A stretch of DNA of 64,000 nt from IMG/VR virus record IMGVR_UViG_3300028593_000005; one strand, given 5' to 3'. Shown one piece after another: positions 37,806 through 47,869 of this stretch. This DNA is from an uncultured virus (IMG/VR IMGVR_UViG_3300028593_000005). Its lineage: Duplodnaviria; Heunggongvirae; Uroviricota; Caudoviricetes. A model generated the notes under the pieces. The model was not told the DNA's origin. It ran no database searches and saw only the letters and a program-made list of their open reading frames with translations. Every line of letters begins with the position of its first letter. Position 1 is the stretch's first letter. A program made the translations under genes and the position numbers.

Positions 37806-40445
37806 GTGATGCCTAAACTTACTGCCAGGGATATCAAAGAGCGTAGTAACAATCTCCGTATCATCTCGGAGACTCCCGCTAGCGTGAACATCAAGACCCT
37901 GTTCAGACACGTTAAGAGTCAATACTCTTACAACAACGCTAAGATAGTCCTTGAGAACTGGAGAGGTCTATCTAGAGATGAGTCTGTTGCTTTTCAGGAA
38001 GTTCTTGAACTATTCCAGCTGATATGTGATAATGACTCACCTTCCCACATCAGAAACGCTTCAGAGCTTATAGAGGGCAAAATACTTCACAAAGTTCGTG
38101 ATGGTAAAGCTCTTCGTCATCTAAACAACTACAAGATGGGTAAGCATAAGATAGCAAACACTAAGATCGAGAAGCAGACTCATGCTAATGCTACTGTAAC
38201 TACTCGTGACCTTGAGAATAAGGGTCACCACGTTAACACCCTTCACCCTAACCGTAAGTATAAGTATGACATGTTCAATCAGCGTAAGGATGAAGCTGTC
38301 AAGAAGAATACTCCCGAAGGAGAAGAAGGACAGGAAGAGAAGACTCCTAAGGAGAAAACGATTGAAGAGTGCTATGATAGAATGATCGAGTGTGTTCAAA
38401 AGAATCAGCAATGTGATCGTGTCATAGACAACCATGATAAACTCTCAAAGAGATTCAATCTTGATAAGATTGTCAGAGAATGTCGTAGAGAAGATGGTTC
38501 TTATAGAGACTGCATCTTTGAGTTGTGTTCGCTTATAGATTCATATGACATTGCCGTTGGTGCTAAGTATGGTATAGCACTGGAGAATATCATGTATCTG
38601 ATGAACAAGAACTGTATACCTCTTGAGAACAGCTTCATTGCTGAGGCTGTTACTGATTACTTCTTGCTTAACAATCAAGACTCAGAAGAGTTCTCTATGA
38701 ATGATCTCATTCATGATATGAAATACGTTGTAGAGAACTCTAAGTTCTACGACGATAACGACTTCGCTCCGATCTCTTATATCTTCGATGAAGACTACGA
38801 GCCAATCACCACTACAGAAGAGGCTATCGATACTATCCTTGAGTTCCATTCAGATAAGCATAAAGAGCTTATAAGAAAGGATGAGAATGGTAAGAAGATT
38901 AAGCCTACTGTGACTAAGGTGAAGTTGAATGGTGATAAGAAAAATACCATTAAGGGAGACCTTAATGCTTTCAAGATGTCTCACAACAAATCTATCCAGA
39001 CTCTGAAGAAGTGTCTCCATAGAGTCTTCTGTAACTCACCAGAGAATATCGTCAAGGAACTTCCTGATATCTTCGCTGTAGTAAGAGGAGCAGCAATCAT
39101 CGGCATGTTTGCCTTCTCACCATTCCTCGGAATTTTCGGTCTGATTACTGGCGCTTTCCTTAAGATGGATATCTCTCGTAAGCAGATGAAAGAAGTTGTT
39201 GATGCTTATGATAAAGAGATTTCTCGCTATCAAGAGAAACTTAACAAGACTAAAGATGAAAAGTCCAAACAGCGCTATAAGGAGTACATTAAGAAACTCG
39301 AAGCTGACAGAGATAAGCTTGAAGCTAGAGAGGATACTCTCTATACAGAAGAAGAACTCGAGAAGAAGAGAGATGAGCGTTACGAGAAGAGAAATAAGAA
39401 CTCTTCTTCAGATGACGACGACTTCGACTTCGGATCATGGGATGAGATGTATAAGTATCTCGATGACACTTCTATCCTGGTAGAATCTATGAACTGGGAT
39501 AAGAACGAGCTCATGAACACTATAAGACGTTCCATCAACTATGTCACTGCAGATTGCATTCCTGTACTTACAGAAGCAGTCATCCTTAACAGAGACATCT
39601 TTGATGTGAAGGAGTATGCTTCTATACTTGAATACGAGAGACATCGTCTCCGTTCTGAGAATGGCTATGGTAAGTATGCTAAGATAGATCCTATCAATCT
39701 AGCTCTTGCAGATATAGCTGCTCTTAAGGAACAGGAGGAAGACGACTCTATTCCAGATCTTGATATCGTCTCTACTAATGAGTATACCCACTATGTCCAG
39801 GAGACTGTACAGGATGTACTTGAACTTCTTGACATCAGTAGAACAGAAGCTCTTAACGAGGGTAGCCTGTCTAACAAGATCAAACTCGCTGCAGACAAAC
39901 TTGGTAAGACTGCTGTTAAACTCAAAGACAAAGATCGTAAGATCTCTAAGGATATCGACGTTACTATGGGTCACTTTGCTCAAGCTGCAGAGAGGGCTCT
40001 TACTAACGACAGAAGAGAAGCTATCATCAAGGGTTCTCTCTTACCTTCTGCTTCAAAGACAATCAAGGCTGCACTCGTTACTGGTGCTGCTTGGTTAGTA
40101 TCTCCTGCTATTGCAGTAATTGGTGTACTCGGTGCTATAGGAACTTCTAAGAAGCTCCAAAAGAAAGAGCGTCAGATAATTCTTGACGACATCGAGATAG
40201 AGCTTAAGATGTGTGATAAGTATATGCGTCTTGCTGAAGATAGGAATGACCTCAAGGCTGTAAGATCTATCATGCAGACTCAAAGGGCTCTTGAAAGACA
40301 GAGAAGTAGACTTCGCTATAACATGAAGGTTAACTGGAACGAGAAGGCTCCTACAACCGCTGGTGATAAGAGTTATGACGAAGCCGTAAACTTCGAAGAA
40401 AAGTATATCGGACTCCCTGGAGTTGTCGATATCAAAGAAACGTAA
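37806..40445 (+). CDS. Probable internal head/virion protein (879 aa) with two hydrophobic hairpin segments
   Basis: In the head module upstream of the capsid gene; AACT-N6-TAA at 37769; duplicated hydrophobic-helix plus coiled-coil unit. Confidence 0.6.
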   Translation: MMPKLTARDIKERSNNLRIISETPASVNIKTLFRHVKSQYSYNNAKIVLENWRGLSRDESVAFQEVLELFQLICDNDSPSHIRNASELIEGKILHKVRDGKALRHLNNYKMGKHKIANTKIEKQTHANATVTTRDLENKGHHVNTLHPNRKYKYDMFNQRKDEAVKKNTPEGEEGQEEKTPKEKTIEECYDRMIECVQKNQQCDRVIDNHDKLSKRFNLDKIVRECRREDGSYRDCIFELCSLIDSYDIAVGAKYGIALENIMYLMNKNCIPLENSFIAEAVTDYFLLNNQDSEEFSMNDLIHDMKYVVENSKFYDDNDFAPISYIFDEDYEPITTTEEAIDTILEFHSDKHKELIRKDENGKKIKPTVTKVKLNGDKKNTIKGDLNAFKMSHNKSIQTLKKCLHRVFCNSPENIVKELPDIFAVVRGAAIIGMFAFSPFLGIFGLITGAFLKMDISRKQMKEVVDAYDKEISRYQEKLNKTKDEKSKQRYKEYIKKLEADRDKLEAREDTLYTEEELEKKRDERYEKRNKNSSSDDDDFDFGSWDEMYKYLDDTSILVESMNWDKNELMNTIRRSINYVTADCIPVLTEAVILNRDIFDVKEYASILEYERHRLRSENGYGKYAKIDPINLALADIAALKEQEEDDSIPDLDIVSTNEYTHYVQETVQDVLELLDISRTEALNEGSLSNKIKLAADKLGKTAVKLKDKDRKISKDIDVTMGHFAQAAERALTNDRREAIIKGSLLPSASKTIKAALVTGAAWLVSPAIAVIGVLGAIGTSKKLQKKERQIILDDIEIELKMCDKYMRLAEDRNDLKAVRSIMQTQRALERQRSRLRYNMKVNWNEKAPTTAGDKSYDEAVNFEEKYIGLPGVVDIKET

Positions 40446-40458
40446 GGGAGGTTACAGT

Positions 40459-41442
40459 ATGGGCATATTTAGTTCATATAGACATCCGCTCAATGAAGCG
40501 GAAGTAGATGACGGTACTAATAAGCCACAAGCTAATCAGGATGATGAAGACTATACAGCTGGTGCAGATACTGCGGCAGATGATGAGTCTAACGATCCTG
40601 CACCCGACGATGCTGGTGGAGACGACGATGTCGACTACACTGACGGAGCTGATGAAGCAGGAGATGATGAATCCAATGATGACAACCAAACAACTGAAGA
40701 AGGCCAGGATGACCAGGACGATTCAGAAGGTGATGACGTTGACTACACTGATGGGGCTGACGATGCTGCTGACGACGAATCTAATGATACTGGTGACGAT
40801 ACTGGTGCTGATGACGAAGGGTCAGATGGAGATGTCGACTACACCGATGGTGCTGATGGCGGTGACGATTCTGAATCAGATGATGCTGATGAAACTGGCG
40901 AAGAAGGAGAAGAGTCTGAAGGCGATGAAGAGGAAACTGAAGACAACACTTACGAGGACCTCCGAAAGATAGAAGCAGAACTCTTCTCAAACCTTTCACC
41001 CGAACAGATTGATATCAAGAACAAGGAACTTAAGCAGCGCTTCATAGACATCTATGGAACGATCTCTTCAGTCATCCTTCGTATCAATGATATCCCTAAG
41101 ACTGATACCAATGTAGACATACTCCACTTTGTTACTGACAAGCTGATGGAACTCAAGGATCTTGTAGACTTCACTGTTCAGAAGTCTTTTGATACAAAGA
41201 CCTACATAGAGAACTCTATCAACTATCAGATCTGTCTCTCTACTCTTTATAGTATCTCAGACATTATAGCATCTGCTCAACTGGCTGAGGATAATCCTAC
41301 TCAGGAGGAAGAAGAGGACCAGGATGGTGTAATCGTAGGCGGTGCCGATGATTCCGAAGTAAATCCTGGTGATGAAGTAGTTGCTTATGGAGATAAGATG
41401 ATTGAATCAGCAGATTCAGGAAGATTCAACTCTTTCTTCTAA
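40459..41442 (+). CDS. Highly acidic prohead/scaffold-like protein with DVDYTDGAD repeats
   Basis: AAGGGAGG before ATG 40459; D/E-rich; immediately upstream of the capsid gene. Confidence 0.6.
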   Translation: MGIFSSYRHPLNEAEVDDGTNKPQANQDDEDYTAGADTAADDESNDPAPDDAGGDDDVDYTDGADEAGDDESNDDNQTTEEGQDDQDDSEGDDVDYTDGADDAADDESNDTGDDTGADDEGSDGDVDYTDGADGGDDSESDDADETGEEGEESEGDEEETEDNTYEDLRKIEAELFSNLSPEQIDIKNKELKQRFIDIYGTISSVILRINDIPKTDTNVDILHFVTDKLMELKDLVDFTVQKSFDTKTYIENSINYQICLSTLYSISDIIASAQLAEDNPTQEEEEDQDGVIVGGADDSEVNPGDEVVAYGDKMIESADSGRFNSFF

Positions 41443-41474
41443 GACAAAGTTGCCCGAATCGTACGATCGGACAC

Positions 41475-41486
41475 AACAATATATTA
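41475..41486 (+). promoter_or_regulatory. Late promoter AACA-N6-TA
   Basis: AACAatatatTAA upstream of the capsid gene. Confidence 0.7.
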
Positions 41487-41579
41487 AATATAGCCCCTAT
41501 CCGTATGGCGGTCAGTGTGGCTATTAGTTTTCCAAGGTAAACTCTTACTATCATAAATCTAAAAAGGAGGAAATGAATT

Positions 41580-43580
41580 ATGCCTATCTCAGGTACAAGA
41601 GAAGTTAGGACTGCTGGTTCTAACTATTCCAAGGACGCTTTAGCACCCCTTGCAAAAGCATACCTTGATATAACAAACTCAATACTTCATGAGAACGGTC
41701 TTTCAATGTATGAAGACACAACAAAGGTTCACATGAATCCAATCACAGACAGCACAATCAAGGACTTCTTTGTCGAGAACTGCTTCGACAGAAATGATCC
41801 TATGTTCCGCGACGACGCAGAGGCTCAGGAAGATCAGATTCAGATGATGGAGGAGATGTACATCAATGATAAAGAAGCTATCCTCGAGCACTCAGCAGGC
41901 GGTCAGCACAACCCCGTAATCGGTATGACATTCCCTATCCATAAGAATATCATGCTGAACAATATCTTCGACAAGGGAGCAATCCCGAAGTTCGTTGCTA
42001 CTTCACCTAAGTTCACAGTTTCTATGGAGACCAGATGGCTCATCGACCCTGTAACAGGTGAGAAGATCGATATGTGGAAGGATCAGTGGAAGATGACTGA
42101 TGCTATCCTCAAGGCAGCTCCTCTTAAGAGCATGTACATTCCTCTTCCTGAGGATGGTACAACAAACGTACTTGCTACACTGTTCGGCGCTACAGATCCT
42201 GAGGATCACCTTTCAATCGAGTCATTCGTAAGCGGTATCGTTGGCAGCCGTGTTGTATTCCCTGGCCAGAGCATCCAGCTCGTAACCAGCACAACAAGCG
42301 GCAGCGTTACTACATATCAGATCGAAGACTATACAAACGACACAGCTAACGCTGAGGTTATCACTCAGGGTGTTACACCTGCTGGTTCTACACGTCCCGT
42401 TGGTACTGTTGTCGGCGCTATCTTCCCATTCGAGGGTAAGTTCACTCCTGCATACGGCGAGTATGACAGACAGATCGTAGAGAGCTTCTCAGTTCCTATG
42501 GTTACATCAGTTGCTCCAGGTACACTTGATGGCACATGGAATCTTACAGCAGCTAACGGCGGTCCGCCGTATGATAACTGCACAAGCGAAGACAGCATTC
42601 CCGCTGCAGCAAGAATTAAGGGATTCCTCTCAGGCTTCTCTAAGGATGATCGCTTCGGTCTTTCTTCTTCAAACGCTGCTGTAGGCGGTATCATTCTTAC
42701 TTCAAGAATCGATACATCTTCTGCTAAGCTCAGAACTGCTTCAGTATCTTGGGATGTTCGTACAGACATCATCGAGATTCCTAACGCTATCCCGATCAAC
42801 GTTACAATCTCTCCTGAAGAGGTTAAGGATATCTCTGCTCTGTATCAGATCAACCAGCTGACAAAGGTTCTCTCACTTATCAAGACATCCCTCAACAACT
42901 ACAAGGATGATCTTATTCGTAGAGCACTTGACGAAGACTTCGTTAAACTTCCGAACTCACAGAAGATCGGTCGTTACTTCGACTTTGCTCCTACAACTAA
43001 CTACGCTCTCGATCCTCTCGAGTGGCGCTACAAGATGTTCATGGATGCTATGGATACTCATGTAACACAGCTTCTCCATGTTCTCAATGATCCTAACATG
43101 ACAATCAACGTAATCGGCCGTGATGATCTCATCAGAAAGATTACTCCTACTGAGTACACATATCAGACACCTACAAACATCGGCCCTGTTGAGCTCGACT
43201 TTGTAAAGACTGTTGTTACATCAGACAGAAGAACATACCAGTTCATCAGCTCTGATAAGCTCCGTGATACAAACAACCTGATCGTACTTCTCTGCCCAAG
43301 AAACACAGATCGTTTCATCTACAGAATCTACGATTACCAGATGTATCTCAGCAACGAGATCAGAAACTACAATAATCCTTCACTCCCTGCAGTACATGCA
43401 TTCGAGCGTTGGAAGTTCGAGAAGTATCAGCCTGTACAGGGACGTATCGGCATACTCAATCCTACTGGCCTCCGCAACTATGGTCAGAACTACGCATTCA
43501 ACAATGATCCTGTTGGACGTGGTGATGGTCAGGGCGTTGCTAGCGTTGGTAAGAACGACTTCGATATCGACGCTCGCTAA
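41580..43580 (+). CDS. Major capsid protein
   Basis: 666 aa; very strong codon bias; own promoter and terminator; acidic N-terminal propeptide ending near ILE|H; (S)PEEVKDISALYQIN..LS recalls the T4 gp23 E..QDL.A.HG..A..EL region. Confidence 0.75.
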   Translation: MPISGTREVRTAGSNYSKDALAPLAKAYLDITNSILHENGLSMYEDTTKVHMNPITDSTIKDFFVENCFDRNDPMFRDDAEAQEDQIQMMEEMYINDKEAILEHSAGGQHNPVIGMTFPIHKNIMLNNIFDKGAIPKFVATSPKFTVSMETRWLIDPVTGEKIDMWKDQWKMTDAILKAAPLKSMYIPLPEDGTTNVLATLFGATDPEDHLSIESFVSGIVGSRVVFPGQSIQLVTSTTSGSVTTYQIEDYTNDTANAEVITQGVTPAGSTRPVGTVVGAIFPFEGKFTPAYGEYDRQIVESFSVPMVTSVAPGTLDGTWNLTAANGGPPYDNCTSEDSIPAAARIKGFLSGFSKDDRFGLSSSNAAVGGIILTSRIDTSSAKLRTASVSWDVRTDIIEIPNAIPINVTISPEEVKDISALYQINQLTKVLSLIKTSLNNYKDDLIRRALDEDFVKLPNSQKIGRYFDFAPTTNYALDPLEWRYKMFMDAMDTHVTQLLHVLNDPNMTINVIGRDDLIRKITPTEYTYQTPTNIGPVELDFVKTVVTSDRRTYQFISSDKLRDTNNLIVLLCPRNTDRFIYRIYDYQMYLSNEIRNYNNPSLPAVHAFERWKFEKYQPVQGRIGILNPTGLRNYGQNYAFNNDPVGRGDGQGVASVGKNDFDIDAR

Positions 43581-43609
43581 TTGTACGGCCAAGATCGAAA
43601 GAATAAAGA

Positions 43610-43633
43610 GCCTGGTACCTAAGGGTGCCAGGC
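43610..43633 (+). terminator. Intrinsic terminator after the capsid gene
   Basis: GCCTGGTACC/GGTGCCAGGC followed by ccttctttt. Confidence 0.7.
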
Positions 43634-43669
43634 CCTTCTTTTACAATCTTTAGAAAGGAGTAAGAGACA

Positions 43670-44878
43670 ATGATCAAGTATGACTTTGGTGATCTCTTTG
43701 ATGCTTGTGCTCTTGTGATCGCTAACCCTGAAAGAGCTTCTGCTTATCAGAGTCTCAGAAAAGAGCTTAACAAGTTCTTCAGAGACTCTAAGTGTACAGA
43801 TATAATCTACACAAGAAACGACGGTCTGTTCTTCGGTATGTGTGTATATCCTGTAATCAACAAGCTTGATGTAAAGATGATTGTTCAAGATGACGGCAAA
43901 TACCGTTTCAAGAACTATGTCATAGAGATTGACTCTAAGATATTCAATCCTATCATCGACATCACTCCTAGAGAGCTGCTCGCTATGCTGCTTCATGAAG
44001 TAGGTCATATCATCAACGATCCTAACCCTGTTGAACAGGTAAGAGACGCAATCAATGTTTCTCTTGCTAAAGAGAATACTACACTCTCTATCATTGATAC
44101 TGTACAGTACTATCAGATTCTTGCATATGGTATCAAGAACACTGTAAGAAAGATGAACAGTATGTTCTTCATCTACAGAGATGGAGAGGTTCTTGCGGAT
44201 GAGTTCGTTATGATGTGCGGCTTCCAGGATGAGCTTAACAATATCTTCAGAAAGCTGTGCAAGAACGGCATGAAGGTCAACGACGACGTTAATAAGCTCG
44301 CTGCCTTGACGTGGACACTGAATCTGTATAAGAACGTGGAATTGAGAAGGATACCTGCTCTCAAGTTACTCAGACGGGCGTCTTCAATATCCTCATCTGC
44401 GCTTGACAAAAAAGAATACGAGATTGTCGCTAATGCTCTGAAGAGTATAGACACTTCTGCTATCAAGGAAGCTGCCAAGCCCTTCAAGGATTGTGACTTC
44501 TACTATATACTCGTACAAGAGGGAGCATCTCTTAAGAAGAAGGACACTAAGTTCGCTATTCTGAGGAAGATGGTTACCAGTAACAAGCTCAGAGAGTTCG
44601 AGAGTGATATCTATGAGTATACACTCAGATCTCGTCACGTTGCTACAGAAGAGGATGCACTCTATCTTATGCGTCAGATCAATCTCAGAATTACTGCTAT
44701 CGAGGATGCTCTTAATAAGGAGCGCTTCGATGAGTATGAGAGAGATCGTTGGTTCGCACTGCATGATAAGTACTGCTCACTCAGAGCAGAGATGGCTGCG
44801 AATACTAAGTACAGATACGACTACAGTGGTAGCGTAATCACTGTTCAGTATCCAGAGATAGTTGAGAATCGTTACTAA
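43670..44878 (+). CDS. HEXXH zinc-metallopeptidase-like protein
   Basis: ELLAMLLHEVGH and downstream EVLADEF..CGF..EL. Confidence 0.65.
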   Translation: MIKYDFGDLFDACALVIANPERASAYQSLRKELNKFFRDSKCTDIIYTRNDGLFFGMCVYPVINKLDVKMIVQDDGKYRFKNYVIEIDSKIFNPIIDITPRELLAMLLHEVGHIINDPNPVEQVRDAINVSLAKENTTLSIIDTVQYYQILAYGIKNTVRKMNSMFFIYRDGEVLADEFVMMCGFQDELNNIFRKLCKNGMKVNDDVNKLAALTWTLNLYKNVELRRIPALKLLRRASSISSSALDKKEYEIVANALKSIDTSAIKEAAKPFKDCDFYYILVQEGASLKKKDTKFAILRKMVTSNKLREFESDIYEYTLRSRHVATEEDALYLMRQINLRITAIEDALNKERFDEYERDRWFALHDKYCSLRAEMAANTKYRYDYSGSVITVQYPEIVENRY

Positions 44879-44889
44879 AAATAAACAGG

Positions 44890-44912
44890 GAGGGTAGGCA
44901 TTGCCTACCCTC
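44890..44912. terminator. Palindromic hairpin, identical to 52657..52679
   Basis: GAGGGTAGGCA-t-TGCCTACCCTC. Confidence 0.65.
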
Positions 44913-45390
44913 TTCTTCTATTCATGTCGTTATCTGCAGCATAGTAGATAGCATCAATGATATCATCTATAACAGCCTGCTCGTCGATGTTTCTGAGATG
45001 GAGAACGAACATTCTTCTACCATCCTTCCTTTTCCTTACCTTGATACAACTATCGATGTCATTCTTTAGATACTGCCGAATGTCCTCTATAACCTTTCTG
45101 ATAGGGGTAATGAACTTAAGTTCGTAGAGTACGGTAAGATCAGCATTGATCTCTCTGCCGAGCAGTGGTGACATAGACTTGTTCACCTTGAGATCAAGTA
45201 ACTGATTATCTACCATATCCTTATTGATGGCGGACATAGTAATCTTCATCGGTATCCTAAGAAGTTCATAGTATCTATTGAGAAGGTTTATCGACTCTTG
45301 CTCTACTGAGATAATCTCAGTTCTCTTATCGAGATAGTCATAGTATGCTTCCTTCTGTTTGAATGTATATATGCGAATGTTGTCTGACAT
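44905..45390 (-). CDS. Hypothetical protein
   Basis: 161 aa, AGGAG RBS. Confidence 0.7.
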   Translation of the reverse strand: MSDNIRIYTFKQKEAYYDYLDKRTEIISVEQESINLLNRYYELLRIPMKITMSAINKDMVDNQLLDLKVNKSMSPLLGREINADLTVLYELKFITPIRKVIEDIRQYLKNDIDSCIKVRKRKDGRRMFVLHLRNIDEQAVIDDIIDAIYYAADNDMNRRRG

Positions 45391-45401
45391 AATATCATCT
45401 C

Positions 45402-46112
45402 CTATATAATATCCTTTGTCTTTCCTGCGAAAGTTCTACCCTTCCTTACCACATTCTTCTGTTGTTTGAGTTCCTGTATTCTATCCATTGGTGCGGATGT
45501 AGCTCCCTCCAATGGTCCTATAGCAGCAAGCATAGAGTTTGCATACATAGTACCATTGAATGAGTTCATCATATTGGCTAAGTATATAAACTCTAAGTCT
45601 GTTATATCACCCATACATTCTGTATTGCCTATTATCAAAGTTGCTCCAGCTTGTTGATATCCTGTATGGTTTATGATAGTAGGGAGTATCTTAAAGATCT
45701 TGTTCTTTGGATATCTATCCGAAACAACAGGAAGAGTGCTGTTCATTCGCATACAATCGTTCTCCACAACGAACACATTTTGTCCTTGCGCAAACAGACA
45801 ATTAGATGCTACTTTCAGCGAGTTAACGAACTGATAGTGTCTGTCGTTAGGAATGAATATGGAGTCATCCATATTCGCTCTATAGTTCTTAAGCTCTAAT
45901 GTCATGAAGTAATCTATCTTACGCTTGACGAGTACGTTAGCGTTACTAGGTCTTGTTTTGGTTCTATATTCTCCCCAATAGTGAATTGTACGTTCTTCAT
46001 ACATCTCAGTCTCTGGGAGAACCCAACTTAAGTTGAGATTGAAGTTAAGTTTGATAGGACCAGACTCAAAGATGGTATCGACCATACGATACATCTGGTT
46101 GTTGTTAGTCAT
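45402..46112 (-). CDS. Hypothetical protein
   Basis: 236 aa, GGGGG RBS; TACA-N6-TA variant upstream. Confidence 0.7.
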   Translation of the reverse strand: MTNNNQMYRMVDTIFESGPIKLNFNLNLSWVLPETEMYEERTIHYWGEYRTKTRPSNANVLVKRKIDYFMTLELKNYRANMDDSIFIPNDRHYQFVNSLKVASNCLFAQGQNVFVVENDCMRMNSTLPVVSDRYPKNKIFKILPTIINHTGYQQAGATLIIGNTECMGDITDLEFIYLANMMNSFNGTMYANSMLAAIGPLEGATSAPMDRIQELKQQKNVVRKGRTFAGKTKDII

Positions 46113-46203
46113 TCTAACACCCCCTGTATTATGATGTATGACCTAGAGTAAAAAAGAAAGGGAGTCGCCAGGACTCCCCTCCCTTTCTATTGGTTCGATA
46201 AGC

Positions 46204-47067
46204 TTAGTCGGTTATAGTCGTAATCACGAATTCAGTGTATTCTGGTTCCGAAGCACGATTGCATATTACTCTATCTTTCGGAGCTCCAGGAGTATGTTGA
46301 GCATTACCAGTAACCACATTTGCTATATCACACATATAGTCTCTTATTATATCGAGGTTACGTGACGACTGTATTCTGAATGTTTCTTTTCCACCACATA
46401 CGTGCGACACAGCTATTTCCATCAGTAATACTGATGCTAGTACTGACATAATGTGAATACGCTTATCTAAAAGAAGATCGAACTTGTATGGGTCGAACTT
46501 CAAAGTATAAAATCTATTGTTTACGCTATCGATTATATCCAAAGTTTCCTTGGTTTTGAAAGCATAAGAGAGCTTAAATATGTACACTAATCTTTGTTCG
46601 TATACGGTATCCATATGACCATATCCGAATAAGGTCATATATTCATCAAGAGTTCTTTTAAACTCTTCATTGAAGTTCTCTGCTCTGCTGAAGTCTATCA
46701 TAAAGATATCAGGTACACTGCAAGGAGTATTAGGTTTCAGTATATTACGAATGTTTCCTTCATCATCGTACTCCATTATCGTGTGCCAACCAAATGGATG
46801 AATATTGTAGATTGATGCTCCTGCGAGTACAGTAATCAAAGTCACCACGTCGATGATGCTATCGTTTGCATCGAGACAGAAGCCAGATACTGTAAAACCA
46901 TCGAGATATTCTTCAGCCATCTGGTCAAATACCTGTTCAATCTCTCCGTTTTCGTATTCTTTGTTGAGTCTGTCATCATCTGCCGCAAAGATGCTAAGCA
47001 GAACGTCTCTTAAGAACTTCCAGTTCTTAGTGGTTCCAAGATTGTCTTTGTTTAAGATTGAGTTCAT
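46204..47067 (-). CDS. Hypothetical early protein
   Basis: AAGGAGG before ATG 47067; terminator hairpin at 46160..46178. Confidence 0.7.
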   Translation of the reverse strand: MNSILNKDNLGTTKNWKFLRDVLLSIFAADDDRLNKEYENGEIEQVFDQMAEEYLDGFTVSGFCLDANDSIIDVVTLITVLAGASIYNIHPFGWHTIMEYDDEGNIRNILKPNTPCSVPDIFMIDFSRAENFNEEFKRTLDEYMTLFGYGHMDTVYEQRLVYIFKLSYAFKTKETLDIIDSVNNRFYTLKFDPYKFDLLLDKRIHIMSVLASVLLMEIAVSHVCGGKETFRIQSSRNLDIIRDYMCDIANVVTGNAQHTPGAPKDRVICNRASEPEYTEFVITTITD

Positions 47068-47080
47068 AAAAATTTCCTCC

Positions 47081-47395
47081 TTAAATTGATGCCATTCCAT
47101 ATGTTACATTGTGGAACAGCTTTTCTTCTGCTCTCCTCTCTGCTAACCACCGCAGAGTTTCATATGAGAGCTTTCTTTCGAACAACACTTCTTCAGTGCC
47201 GTCCTTTACAACTACTGCTTTTATAACATGGTCAAGATCGACCTTGTTAACGTAATGATTCCAAAGAGTGCTTCCATCTATAACTATGCCGAAGATAGCT
47301 GGATAGAGAAGATAGTTACCTCTAGTAGCTTTCTTTCCATCTATGTAGATGTCAGCATAGTCGTACTCTTTAACTATCGGTGTAACAATCTGCAT
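47081..47395 (-). CDS. Hypothetical early protein
   Basis: 104 aa, part of the operon. Confidence 0.65.
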   Translation of the reverse strand: MQIVTPIVKEYDYADIYIDGKKATRGNYLLYPAIFGIVIDGSTLWNHYVNKVDLDHVIKAVVVKDGTEEVLFERKLSYETLRWLAERRAEEKLFHNVTYGMASI

Positions 47396-47398
47396 GAA

Positions 47399-47842
47399 TT
47401 ATCTCCCTTTCCTATCGATTGCTATACCTACAAACGGATCATAGGGTATAGTAGCTTTTCCTCCACCAACAACAAAGTCAAGATCTTCTCCTTCTGGAGT
47501 GACTCTGATATAATAGTCATGACCGTTTCTAACGATTCTTGCTTCTGAGTTGATATAGAAGAGGATGAGATCCGCATAACCTGTGTAGATGATATCGTTG
47601 TCTTTACACAAGGTTAAGTTCTTTCTGGTTTTGAGAGCTTGTGGAGTCGGAGTTACTCTTACGAGATGATCGCCGTTGGTTTTCTGAAGGATCTCATCGT
47701 AAGCTTCAATGAAGTCCTTTCTGCTTATGTCTCTGATGAAAACGTCTCTGAAGAATATGAATCCGAGCTCGTCTTCAGCGTACTTACGACATTCGTTTAG
47801 AATATAGTCTACGAAGTCTTTCTTGTTATCTACGATTTGCAT
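47399..47842 (-). CDS. Hypothetical early protein
   Basis: 147 aa, GAAAGGA RBS. Confidence 0.7.
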   Translation of the reverse strand: MQIVDNKKDFVDYILNECRKYAEDELGFIFFRDVFIRDISRKDFIEAYDEILQKTNGDHLVRVTPTPQALKTRKNLTLCKDNDIIYTGYADLILFYINSEARIVRNGHDYYIRVTPEGEDLDFVVGGGKATIPYDPFVGIAIDRKGR

Positions 47843-47869
47843 AGTATCATTCCTTTCTCTTCACTGATC

